A DNA stretch of 64,000 nucleotides, from contig CAJQOS010000025.1 of assembly GCA_905479975.1 (NCBI GenBank), positions 25 through 64,024 on the forward strand, given 5' to 3'. The translations under genes and the position numbers were made by a program. The DNA is from an uncultured Puniceicoccaceae bacterium. Its GTDB lineage: Bacteria; Verrucomicrobiota; Verrucomicrobiia; Opitutales; Coraliomargaritaceae. Shown here one piece after another: positions 9,959 through 19,216 of the stretch. The notes below the pieces were generated by a model. It saw only the letters and a list, made by a program, of their open reading frames with translations. It was not told the DNA's origin and ran no database searches. Within the stretch, counting starts at the first letter, position 1, and each line of letters begins with the position of its first letter.

Positions 9959-10012
9959 CCCCGAACCATGAAATGGGTTACAACAAAATGCCGATATTAA
10001 AACTTTCTTCAT
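9959..10012 (-). pseudogene. 5' remnant of a GT4 glycosyltransferase
   Basis: ATG at 10012 reads MKKVLISAFCCNPFHGS, matching the ISA(F/Y)AC..xxGSE N-terminal motif (compare AISAFACSENRGSE in 13648..14949); similarity then ends abruptly. Confidence 0.7.
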
Positions 10013-10098
10013 ACATAGAATTCGTGGAGTGAAATAATTACTGCGACAAATGAGAGTCCTGAAAAACTATATATTCTAAAAATTCCGACGACATTTAA

Positions 10099-10136
10099 GC
10101 ATAATAATGGATCCCTAGTTGGATTCATTATTATGC
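10099..10136. repeat. AT-rich inverted repeat with 16-bp arms
   Basis: GCATAATAATGGATCC-ctagtt-GGATTCATTATTATGC; 15/16 arm complementarity. Confidence 0.85.
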
Positions 10137-10185
10137 CGTGATACATTCTTAATTACAGCGATCCATTAATAAGTCCTAGCACAAC

Positions 10186-10389
10186 TCATCGGCAGGACTG
10201 GCAGATTAACTCCCGATAGGCCGATTCGACTGCATGATACGTATCACTCTGGACATCCCCCAAAGTGATCGCCGTGTCTTTCGCAACGTCGCGCCTCAAT
10301 GTCATACCCTCCGCCAAACCTACGGGCAAGAACCCGCCATTCAGAACTTCGATGCGGTTTCCGTAAACACCATAGGTGCGGAAGCCACC
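10186..10389 (-). pseudogene. 3' remnant (SAF domain) of an oxidoreductase paralogous to 16232..17521
   Basis: Reads GGFRTYG...LPVGLAEG...RDVAK...ITLGDVQSD...VESAYRELICQSCR*. By hand, 30 of 61 residues are identical, ungapped, to the C-terminus of the intact gene. The frame is closed by an upstream TAA, with no in-frame ATG between that stop and the conserved stretch. Confidence 0.9.
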
Positions 10390-10537
10390 CCCGAGCCTCC
10401 TGGACTGTTTGCATTAATAACAAAAAACATCAGCTATAACTAACGAAAGACCAACCACTGACGACACCACTAACCGCATCCATTTAACACAGACTTAACG
10501 AGTAACCCAAACGCATTTCCGTGAAGATAGAGGAAAA

Positions 10538-11242
10538 TCAAATTACAGCAAAACTCACTTTTCCTTTTGGCCGAAATACACCCACAGATGCCTGAGGCCA
10601 GTAATTCCTGTAATGCCAATTCAATTCTGAACACCATTCTTTCGCGATATTCTGCTCCCCCTCTCGATCAATATCATCCAATAAAACCGCAAAATCTTCC
10701 ATCAAACGAGTCTTTAGAAATTCCCCAGCAGGAGTGCGAACATCCGGTCGAGCCAGACACGAAACTGGCGCATCGACTAGAGCCAAATCAAATTTCTTAG
10801 ATCCAACTGATTCCTCAAGCTTTCCCAGTGAATACCAGTTGTCCGTTAATGTGTCTTCGATAGGAACATGAACCTGCGTAACGACCTCATCAAGTCCCTC
10901 ATGTTTCAAATACGAAGCAACCAGATCCATCCATTGCCGATCCTGTTCAACTGAAATAAAAGACCCACCTTTATCCTTAAGAATGCGTGCGATATGTAAG
11001 GTCGAAATACCCGCCCCAAACTCGATAACCTCCCTGCGCTGATTGATGATTATCTCATTAATTATTAGACGAATTGATGTTGGCGAAATAGATGAATTCG
11101 TCCACGGAAAATAATTGGCGTTTAAGAGTTTCGAAATGTGAATTAAAGACAAAATTTCGTTTCGGCGAAATTCTGCAAATTCATGCACCCGCAACCACTT
11201 GCTAAGAATAGGTATTTTCCTAATTGTATTTCTAATGATCAT
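10538..11242 (-). CDS. Class I SAM-dependent methyltransferase
   Basis: VIEFGAGISTL motif I, ISVEQD, FDLALVDAP, VLLDD; AT-rich coding sequence. Confidence 0.8.
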   Translation of the reverse strand: MIIRNTIRKIPILSKWLRVHEFAEFRRNEILSLIHISKLLNANYFPWTNSSISPTSIRLIINEIIINQRREVIEFGAGISTLHIARILKDKGGSFISVEQDRQWMDLVASYLKHEGLDEVVTQVHVPIEDTLTDNWYSLGKLEESVGSKKFDLALVDAPVSCLARPDVRTPAGEFLKTRLMEDFAVLLDDIDREGEQNIAKEWCSELNWHYRNYWPQASVGVFRPKGKVSFAVI

Positions 11243-11838
11243 ATAAATAAAACCGGTTGAATTTCACTATAACTGTGAAAAAAATATTTGAATAATACTT
11301 CCTCCGTGTCAACTTAACACAACAGAATACAAACTGTCCATTAATTTAGAATTACTCAATAGATTACTTCGTAATCTCGAATGGTTGGATCTGTTGGATC
11401 GCAAGTGAGATTCCCAAAAGAAAACACCCCATCCTTAGCAACATTATCCCTCAATGTCATGCATTCGGTTAGACCGATGGGCAACTAAACGCCCTCCAGA
11501 AACAGGATATGATACGACACACAGAAACAGTAGAGTGGTCCGTCCATCATTTCAACGTGTGGGATAGAGTACGGTCGCCAAAGGAGAACGTTGAATCTGA
11601 CACTTATGCAGGAGAACTTCCCACGCAAACAATTGCTGGTGTTTGTTCGCTAGAATACGGTTCACGGTGTAAATCCGGCATCGCACTGAGCCAATCCAAC
11701 GCATCCAGTGATTCTCCCCCAACAAAAGACTCCCCGAGACGAATAGTGCAAAATCAGGCAGCACACCATGTTTGATTAATAGAACTCTCATTTTTCATAA
11801 TAGTTTAATCTAGTTAGATAAATGCATAGCACTCGTCA

Positions 11839-12696
11839 TTACAATTTGTCAACTGGCTCGGATGTAGAAATACGAGCTGAATCTGCCTGACTAACACTGA
11901 TGCCTTTATGCCCACCTAACAGTTGCCCGATAAAAAAAAGCATAAAACGCGGATTATGCCATGTGTAGCGCCGCCAAAGTCGCTTCGGCTCCATCAGCAA
12001 ACGGAACAGCCATTCCAGCCCAATCCCTTGCAGCCATGCCGGCGCCTGCTTCACACGCCCCGCATGGAAGTCAAATGCCGCACCCACGCCAAGCATGGGC
12101 ATGTTCAAGCGTCCCCGATGTTTCGACATCCAGACCTCTTGCTTCGGGCAACCGATACCAACGAACAGGATTCGCGCGCCAGACTCAGCCAACTGCTCAG
12201 TATAAGTCGCATCTTCCTCAACGGTCAGCGGACGAAACGGCGGTGCAATCGCACAGCTGATCACCAGATTCGGAAGCCGCTCCGTCACCACCTCGACAAA
12301 CACTTTCAAGCTCTCCGGCGTACCACCATAGAACGCGATTGAGACACCTGCACGTTCCGCCGCCTCACAGACCTGCCAGGTTAAATCTGGGCCATACACT
12401 CGCTTGGCTGACTTTACTCCAAGCAACCTCAACGCCCATACCAAAGGAACGCCATCCGCGGTAATCAAATCGCTGGCATTGATAATCTCACGAAAATCCG
12501 GATCGTCCCACCCCTCCATTACCATATGTACATTTGACAGACAAACGTATCTCGATTCAACACGTTTCGCCCAACTCAAGACGCGCTCAGTAGCGTCCGC
12601 ATACGAGGTCGCATCTAGGCGCTGGCCGAGCACATACCTCTGCTCTAGCGGTGGATTCAGTGGCGCTGGTGACTGGTAATCTACTTGTACTTGCAT
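11839..12696 (-). CDS. wecG: WecB/TagA/CpsF family glycosyltransferase (GT26)
   Basis: NVHMV, ADGVPLVWA, RVYGPDL, FVGIGCPKQE, GVGAAFDF, RAPxW-like KQAPAW, GLEWLFRLLMEPKRLWRRY. Confidence 0.9.
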   Translation of the reverse strand: MQVQVDYQSPAPLNPPLEQRYVLGQRLDATSYADATERVLSWAKRVESRYVCLSNVHMVMEGWDDPDFREIINASDLITADGVPLVWALRLLGVKSAKRVYGPDLTWQVCEAAERAGVSIAFYGGTPESLKVFVEVVTERLPNLVISCAIAPPFRPLTVEEDATYTEQLAESGARILFVGIGCPKQEVWMSKHRGRLNMPMLGVGAAFDFHAGRVKQAPAWLQGIGLEWLFRLLMEPKRLWRRYTWHNPRFMLFFIGQLLGGHKGISVSQADSARISTSEPVDKL

Positions 12697-12745
12697 CTCG
12701 ATTTAAACAGTTCTATGAATTCGACGCTCAGTGTGCATGGCAGGA

Positions 12746-13651
12746 TCAAAACAGCGCGCGCGCTTTACGAGACAACCAACGTAGTCGAACAGGAAAAGAT
12801 TTACTATGGGTTCCATCTTCGAACCAGTGGTCGATCTTCGGGTCGATCGCCAATGCTTGCGGGTGACAGAGCGGGAAACTTTGCTCGCTCGCAGCCACTT
12901 CCAACCCGGCAAAATGTGCGGTCTGCGTACCCTCGTCATTAAAGCCGATATTTTCTGTCAGATTCAATCGGGGAATAATCACACATCCAGAATGCTTCCA
13001 GATTGTGAGTAGAAAACGGTAGGCCCAAGTATCCCTGCGGTTTCGATCTACCTGACCAAACATCCATGTCCAATAAAGACGCGCCCGAAGATTCTTAAAA
13101 ACTCGGCAACAAATTGAATCCCAGTTTTTTTTATCCCGCCACCCGCTGATCGTTGGATCGAAATGATCCCAGGCGCGTTTCCATGTGGCCCACCCCCAGC
13201 ATTCAAAGTAATTTGAAAAACCATAATCGTCATCTATGACAAGTGGCTTAGGCCGCCGATGATGCCCCGAGATGGCAAATACCTCGGAGGAGTCAGCATA
13301 CCGCGTCAGTAACTCTTCGCAGAAACGAAAGAAAGAGGGGGTGGGAATAACATCGTCCTCAACGATAATGCCAGCCCCGCAATCGTCTAAAAACCAAGTA
13401 ATTCCACCGGAGACACTCCGAAAGCAGCCTAAATTATCATCGCGATAGAGCCGTTTCACCTCACATTCCCATGGAAGATTCTCCAACAAGACACGCACCT
13501 CTGCGACCTTCTCGGCCTCGCCGGGGTGATCGGCGCGCGGACCGTCACAAAGCAACCAGACACGCTTCGGCGCAACAGGCTTCAACGCCTCGATCTGCCT
13601 GCGCGTGCTTTGCGGACGATTAAAATGGATGAGTAAAACTGGTGTGTTCAC
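12746..13651 (-). CDS. GT-A fold nucleotide-diphospho-sugar transferase (HlpA-like)
   Basis: PVLLIHFNRP, CDGPR, NLGC...SGGITWF, IIVEDD, WGWATWKRAW, PRLNLTENIGF. Confidence 0.8.
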   Translation of the reverse strand: MNTPVLLIHFNRPQSTRRQIEALKPVAPKRVWLLCDGPRADHPGEAEKVAEVRVLLENLPWECEVKRLYRDDNLGCFRSVSGGITWFLDDCGAGIIVEDDVIPTPSFFRFCEELLTRYADSSEVFAISGHHRRPKPLVIDDDYGFSNYFECWGWATWKRAWDHFDPTISGWRDKKNWDSICCRVFKNLRARLYWTWMFGQVDRNRRDTWAYRFLLTIWKHSGCVIIPRLNLTENIGFNDEGTQTAHFAGLEVAASEQSFPLCHPQALAIDPKIDHWFEDGTHSKSFPVRLRWLSRKARALF

Positions 13652-14949
13652 AACGCGGCTCCATTCTTTGCAGCAAAAACTTTGTCTTCAACGCCTAGGC
13701 ACTTACGGACCCGATAAAGTGCATCGATCTCCTCGGCAATCGACTGGATAACCGCCTCGCAGCTCTTGCCTTCGGTCTGGATGCAGATATCTCCCTCGGT
13801 CATTACGTCATTTAACCCCGAAAAATCCAGAGCCAGTAGTCGCATGCCGTGTAGCTTGGCTTCCATCGGTGCATAGCCACCTTCACCATGCAGGGTTGGA
13901 AAGACGAAAAGATCGTGTGCTAAAAAATAGAAAGAGAGGTCACAGCGGGGCACCGTCTTGGGATCGACAAAGACCACGTTCAGTCCTTTCTCTTCAACAT
14001 AATCCTCGTAAAGCCGTCGGGCGGGTCCATCCCCCATGATAGTAAAAGTATACCGCACATCTTCAGGCAAACACGACAAGGCACGCAGGATTATTATCAC
14101 GCCCTTCCATTCCAACAACTTTCCCGTGTAGAAGAGCTTCAGAACATCAGGGTCAATCAATACCTGACTGCGCGCTTCATCCAATTTGAAATCATTCACG
14201 TCCACGCAGAGAAAGTCCTTTTTAACGATACATTTCTTGCGCGCGAATTCAGGCATAATTGCCTTCGTCGTGGCATTCCCCACATGTATCTGACTCGCCC
14301 TGTAAAGTGTCAGCAAGACGAATGGATCCAAAAAAGATAGGCGTTGCACAAACATCCTTAGAGATTCTTTCAATCTCGCTAGAGGCGAAAAGAAGCAGCG
14401 AAACCGATGCGGGAATCCACCCCCACCAGTGATCGGATCCAGGTGTAGTTTCTTCGAAAAATACCAAAGGAAAGAAGGCCAACGATAGGACCCGTAAGTG
14501 CTTTTGATCCCCAGATCAAAAGTGTTCCTACGAAACCTGCGGCGCATGTGAAAAAACAAACGAAACTCCCAGACATAAGCATACAACTGATAGCCCATCC
14601 CCGGTATCGTTTTAAGGAAGAAATCGACGCTTTTGGAAAAATCAACCAAGTGCACAACCACGTTGTCCAAACCGTGTTTCTGAACCTGTGCCTCAATGTA
14701 CGGATTCACAGTTGCTGAGGTGAACAGATAAACCTCAGTCGAACGCGCTGCATAGTCCTTCAGGCATTTCCAGCCCAGTTCATGCTCGCTGCCTCTATTT
14801 TCACTGCAAGCAAAAGCTGAAATTGCTGTAGCTATAGGATGTTTCTCCAATTCGGGGTCAAATCTGTTTTCACTCAAGGTTGCCGCGCTAGCCTTAACGG
14901 TTGCCCTCCCTTCGCGGGCTGTAGTCAACTGAGACACATTGGAGTTCAT
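13648..14949 (-). CDS. GT4 family glycosyltransferase
   Basis: ISAFACSENRGSEHELGW, YTGKLLEWKG, MGDGP, FVFPTLHGEGG...MEA. The start is uncertain: ATG at 14949 or TTG at 15006. Confidence 0.85.
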   Translation of the reverse strand: MNSNVSQLTTAREGRATVKASAATLSENRFDPELEKHPIATAISAFACSENRGSEHELGWKCLKDYAARSTEVYLFTSATVNPYIEAQVQKHGLDNVVVHLVDFSKSVDFFLKTIPGMGYQLYAYVWEFRLFFHMRRRFRRNTFDLGIKSTYGSYRWPSFLWYFSKKLHLDPITGGGGFPHRFRCFFSPLARLKESLRMFVQRLSFLDPFVLLTLYRASQIHVGNATTKAIMPEFARKKCIVKKDFLCVDVNDFKLDEARSQVLIDPDVLKLFYTGKLLEWKGVIIILRALSCLPEDVRYTFTIMGDGPARRLYEDYVEEKGLNVVFVDPKTVPRCDLSFYFLAHDLFVFPTLHGEGGYAPMEAKLHGMRLLALDFSGLNDVMTEGDICIQTEGKSCEAVIQSIAEEIDALYRVRKCLGVEDKVFAAKNGAAL

Positions 14950-14995
14950 ATATACTCTTAGATGAAGGTCGTTTTCTAAATCACGCCGAGATAAC

Positions 14996-16114
14996 TCACT
15001 TAACAAACTCTAAGTATTTCGACATGATTCGACTAGAAAGGTTGCGAATACAGAAATGTGTATTCGCTGTTTCCAAAGAATTTGAGCGTAACTTCAACCT
15101 AAGGGATTCATCCATGCAAAGGCTCATTAACTCGGCCAATTCACCAACATCCCCTGTGGTGAAGTGATAGCCATTTCTTCCGTATTCTATCTGGTCAGAG
15201 CATCCCTCACAATTCGTTCGGATCGGAACGACGCCACAAGCCATCGCCTCTACAACAACCATGGGAAACCCCTCAACCGAAGATGGCAACAAAAGTGAAT
15301 CCGAAGCCCACAGAGTCAAACGAGGTTCTTGAAAACCAAGTAAGTGAACGGAGTCACCCAATCCATGTTTGGCAATGAAGGCTTTCATGTCTGCCTCCAT
15401 CGGACCTTTTCCTGCAAAAATCAAATGCAATTCCCTGTCAGGCAGACGATTTCGAAGCTTTAGGAACGCATTGAGAGAATCAAACGGTCTTTTCACTTCA
15501 GCCAGCCTACCCAACTGTATAAAAACAATCGCAGCATGAGGCAGTCCTAGCACGGCTCTCGCACCCTGTTTTTCAGTGGAGCTGGGTGCTTTGAAATAAT
15601 CCAGATCAACTCCAGTCAAAACCTTCTGAACTTGATCAGGTCGAATCATGTATTCATTCAGGTATTCACGCTCTATTTCAGTTGATATTGCGAAATATGT
15701 TCTAGCAAGGATACGACTGAGTCCCTTCGAAAAAATAAGTTTACTCCATCGATTTCGATTCGAAGATCCATCCCTCCCCAAGTGCGAAGTGCCAAAAACC
15801 GGTATTCCTGTAAGCCAACCGACTGGAGAAACTCGCTTCAAACAGTGTAATTCGTGTACATGAATTACATCAATTTCCTCACGTAAGATTAATTCACGTA
15901 ACTCAAGAATCGATTTCAAGGAGCAGTTATCCATACTGTGATTAGTGAGTACCACTTCACAATAAGAACTGACTAATGATTCCATCGATGAATCAGGTAA
16001 ATCAATAGAATGTGCAAACAAAACAACCTCACAGTCTAATGATTGAGCTAAACGCGAGCAGTAAACGGCGAGCCCGTTCTCATTTAGACAATTTATAAAA
16101 AATCCAACTTTCAT
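14996..16114 (-). CDS. GT4 family glycosyltransferase
   Basis: VIHVH, TGVDL, QLGRLAEVKR, AGKGP, LLPSSVEGFPMVVVEAMACG. Confidence 0.9.
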   Translation of the reverse strand: MKVGFFINCLNENGLAVYCSRLAQSLDCEVVLFAHSIDLPDSSMESLVSSYCEVVLTNHSMDNCSLKSILELRELILREEIDVIHVHELHCLKRVSPVGWLTGIPVFGTSHLGRDGSSNRNRWSKLIFSKGLSRILARTYFAISTEIEREYLNEYMIRPDQVQKVLTGVDLDYFKAPSSTEKQGARAVLGLPHAAIVFIQLGRLAEVKRPFDSLNAFLKLRNRLPDRELHLIFAGKGPMEADMKAFIAKHGLGDSVHLLGFQEPRLTLWASDSLLLPSSVEGFPMVVVEAMACGVVPIRTNCEGCSDQIEYGRNGYHFTTGDVGELAELMSLCMDESLRLKLRSNSLETANTHFCIRNLSSRIMSKYLEFVK

Positions 16115-16231
16115 AAATGTTTCAATTATATGTAAGGTGACATGTGCCTTTCTTAATCGCGCATTAAGGCTAATACTATGACGTGATACATCCTCAACTG
16201 CAAGCGGCCCATTGATTAATCCGAGGGCAAC

Positions 16232-17521
16232 TCATAGGTAGGATAGAGAGGTTAACTCCCGATAGGCCAACTCGACTCCAAAAGGCTTATCATTCTGGAC
16301 ATCCCCCCAAGTGATCGGCTTGCCTTTAGGGATATCTCGCAAGATCATTTTCCCTGCGGCCAGTCCTACCGGAAGTAACTCTTCGCTACGCATGATCGGA
16401 CTGTTTTCACATTCTCCATAGTATGCGAAGCCACCAAGTCCATCTAGAATGTCACCCGCCTTGAGATCCTTCTTCGCGATTGCAACGACCTCCACCTTGA
16501 ACGCATCCAATGCGTCAACGGTTCCGTCAGAAAAGTCCACCAAGCGAACGATGGAGAACGGAAGTTCGAAAAACAACAAGTGATAAGGAACGTAGAAACT
16601 ATAGAGCGGACCTTTACCGAGCTTCCCATAGTCAAGAAAATGCCGTGAGACTAGATCGTCCGTAGTCGCATACACAAAGACCCCAGGACCAGGCTGGGCA
16701 CCGACCACCATCTCGACAATCCCACCAAGCGCCTTGAGTTGATCGAGATCATAGCGATCTGTCAGAGCATCAATGTGCTCACTCGACTCGATCGCAAGCA
16801 TCCCGCGGCGAGCGACTTGCATTCCTGTCGCATTGGCGATGCAAGCTTGTTCAAGTGCGACCTTAGTGCCGTCGGCAAAACTAGTCACCATATTGACACT
16901 GAGTCCGCACTGCTCCGCAAAGCCTTTCTGCGTATCCGGGTTGCGATCGTGGTCGAGCATCCCCTTGATGTTGCCGCATACCAGCGGCGTAAACCCCATC
17001 GATCTGACATGACGATATAGATTCAGAGTGACTCCGGGTTGATCACCATCTCCGAGCGTATAGCGTACACCCGCCTGCGCAGCCTTCTGCTGCAAATAAG
17101 GACCGATGGTGGCATCGATCTCAGCATTAAACGTCACCACATGCTTACCAGCTGCAAAGGATTTTAATATGACGTCAAACGCAAACTCAATTGCCCCCGT
17201 CATTTCAACGATCACGTCGATACATGCCGCATCGATCAATACGTGCGCAGACTCAGTCACCACTGCTCGACTTCGACGAATCGCATCATCCACTTGACTG
17301 GCAGTGCTTGCAGACAGCACACCCTCGACCCCAGCAGTTTGGTAGGCCTGATGCGCACGCGCTACTGTGCGGTTATAAATCGCGGCAATCCGCATACCAG
17401 GGATGTAACGCTCGATCTGATTGACGAGACCAATGGCCATCTCGCCAGCGCCGATCAAACCGACCTGTATCGGCGTCCCTGCGGCTTCACGCTCACTTAA
17501 TTTCTGATCAACAATTATCAT
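16232..17521 (-). CDS. Homoserine-dehydrogenase-like NAD(P)-dependent oxidoreductase with a C-terminal SAF domain
   Basis: ATG at 17521 (MIIVDQ...); VGLIGAGEM Rossmann motif; NAEIDATIGP, GDGDQPG, SFADGTK; C-terminal AIAKKDLKAGDILDGLGGF...LPVGLA. Confidence 0.9.
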   Translation of the reverse strand: MIIVDQKLSEREAAGTPIQVGLIGAGEMAIGLVNQIERYIPGMRIAAIYNRTVARAHQAYQTAGVEGVLSASTASQVDDAIRRSRAVVTESAHVLIDAACIDVIVEMTGAIEFAFDVILKSFAAGKHVVTFNAEIDATIGPYLQQKAAQAGVRYTLGDGDQPGVTLNLYRHVRSMGFTPLVCGNIKGMLDHDRNPDTQKGFAEQCGLSVNMVTSFADGTKVALEQACIANATGMQVARRGMLAIESSEHIDALTDRYDLDQLKALGGIVEMVVGAQPGPGVFVYATTDDLVSRHFLDYGKLGKGPLYSFYVPYHLLFFELPFSIVRLVDFSDGTVDALDAFKVEVVAIAKKDLKAGDILDGLGGFAYYGECENSPIMRSEELLPVGLAAGKMILRDIPKGKPITWGDVQNDKPFGVELAYRELTSLSYL

Positions 17522-17552
17522 CTTTTTTATTTTAGTAGCTGGGTTGCTGCAA

Positions 17553-18104
17553 TTATTGAAAATATGGTGCTTGCAGCACCTCGAAGAGTGGCCATGCAGC
17601 ATCTTTCTCAGAAATAACTTCGACCGGAAGCGGCCATTTAATATCAAACCGAGAATCATTATAGCGCACGCCTGCTTCTAGTTCGGGAGTATAAAACTCA
17701 CTGACCATATAGAGTGCCTCCGTCTCATCCACCAAAGTCATAAAGCCATGCGCGAAGCCGCGCGGCACAAAAAGCATCTTCAGATTATCAGCAGTCAACT
17801 TCACTCCGTAGTGTTGCAAATAGGTCGAGGAACTGGGCCGTAGATCGATAATGACATCATACAGAGCTCCGCGCACACAGCGCAGTAATTTAGTCTCCAT
17901 GGCAGGGGCTTGTTGAAAATGCATGCCACGCAGTGTCCCAGCCTTCTGACTGAACGAAACATTACTCTGCACCACGTTCGACTCAATGCCATGCGACTCA
18001 AATTCATTTCGACAAAATGCACGGGCAAAATAGCCACGATCATCACCACGTGCTTCTAGCTCAATGAGCCATGCATCCTGAAGGGGGATTCTTTCAAATT
18101 TCAT
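17553..18104 (-). CDS. rfbC: RmlC-like NDP-4-keto-6-deoxysugar (3,5-)epimerase
   Basis: DDRGYFAR, QSNVSFS, GTLRGMHFQ, DLRPSS, VPRGFAHGF, ISEKD. Confidence 0.9.
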   Translation of the reverse strand: MKFERIPLQDAWLIELEARGDDRGYFARAFCRNEFESHGIESNVVQSNVSFSQKAGTLRGMHFQQAPAMETKLLRCVRGALYDVIIDLRPSSSTYLQHYGVKLTADNLKMLFVPRGFAHGFMTLVDETEALYMVSEFYTPELEAGVRYNDSRFDIKWPLPVEVISEKDAAWPLFEVLQAPYFQ

Positions 18105-19200
18105 TGTAAAATAGCTCTGTGTATTCGTGGATCTGTGACTGCGTCTTCAACAAGGGTGTCGCCTCACCGTCGTGCACCGACCGATACCAATCCACGGTAT
18201 GCGTAATCGCACGATCAAAGTCCCACACGGGCTTCCAACTCAATAAACGTTCCGCCTTATCGATCGCCAGGTTGAGTAAGTTCGCTTCATGCGGCGGATG
18301 CGGATCGGCATCCGCCTGCCAAGCCCCCGGCCAGAGAGCTAGCACCTGCTCGACCAATTCACTCACGGCACGATTGTCATCGGGATCTGGGCCGAAATTG
18401 AAGCCAGAGCAGACTTCTACCCTTCGCGCATTGCCCTTCGCCTCGGCCATACCTAACGCCAACAGAAGATAGCCCCCTAAAGGTTCTAGCACATGCTGCC
18501 ATGGACGTGTGGCTCCGACATTACGAACGTGAATCGCCTGCCCCTGCGCGAGTGTCCGCATACAGTCGGGCACGATTCGATCCAAGGCCCAGTCACCGCC
18601 ACCTATCACATTCCCAGCACGTGCCGATGCGAGCGATATCTGATGCGTGCTTCCATATTTATCCGGATCAAAAAAAGAACGACGATACGAAGCGATCACC
18701 AACTCTGCCGCACCTTTACTGGCACTATACGGATCATGCCCACCCATCGGATCATCTTCACGGTAAGGCTCCAACCGTTCGCGGTTCTCGTAGCACTTGT
18801 CCGTCGTAATCATGACCGCCTCGCAGCGCTTCGTTAATTGACGAATCCCTTCCATCAAATGAATCGTGCCCATTATATTCGTCGAAAAAGTCTCCACAGG
18901 AGACTCGTAGGAATAGCGAACCAGCGGTTGTGCGGCCAAATGAAAGACGATATCAGGTTGCGCGCCTTTCACTAGGTGGACCAATTGCTCAGCTTCGCAA
19001 ATATCCAAGATGTGATGCTCCATTCGACTCGCTAAATCAAGCTGGTCAAAAAGTGACGGCGTCGTATTTGGCTCTAAGCTGACTCCAACAAGGTCTACTC
19101 CAAGGCTCAAGAGCCATTCGCTCATCCAAGCACCCTTGAAACCAGTATGCCCGGTCAGTAACACCCGCTTTCCTTTATAATAAGATTCTAGTTTATTCAT
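18094..19200 (-). CDS. rfbG: CDP-glucose 4,6-dehydratase
   Basis: ATG at 19200; LLTGHTGFKGAW, HLAAQPLVRYSY, TTDKCYEN, DPYSASKG, RAGNVIGGGDW, RPWQHVLEPL. Confidence 0.95.
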   Translation of the reverse strand: MNKLESYYKGKRVLLTGHTGFKGAWMSEWLLSLGVDLVGVSLEPNTTPSLFDQLDLASRMEHHILDICEAEQLVHLVKGAQPDIVFHLAAQPLVRYSYESPVETFSTNIMGTIHLMEGIRQLTKRCEAVMITTDKCYENRERLEPYREDDPMGGHDPYSASKGAAELVIASYRRSFFDPDKYGSTHQISLASARAGNVIGGGDWALDRIVPDCMRTLAQGQAIHVRNVGATRPWQHVLEPLGGYLLLALGMAEAKGNARRVEVCSGFNFGPDPDDNRAVSELVEQVLALWPGAWQADADPHPPHEANLLNLAIDKAERLLSWKPVWDFDRAITHTVDWYRSVHDGEATPLLKTQSQIHEYTELFYNEI

Positions 19201-19216
19201 CTTTGACCAATGCCCC

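Noticed and set aside
11552-11791. 79-aa ORF MRVLLIKHGVLPDF... as a glycosyltransferase relic
   Set aside because: There is only a faint resemblance to GT9 starts and no further motifs in any frame.
11932-11939. A8 tracts in EPS genes (also about 22120) as phase-variation switches
   Set aside because: They are short, the frames are intact, and such runs are expected in AT-rich genes.
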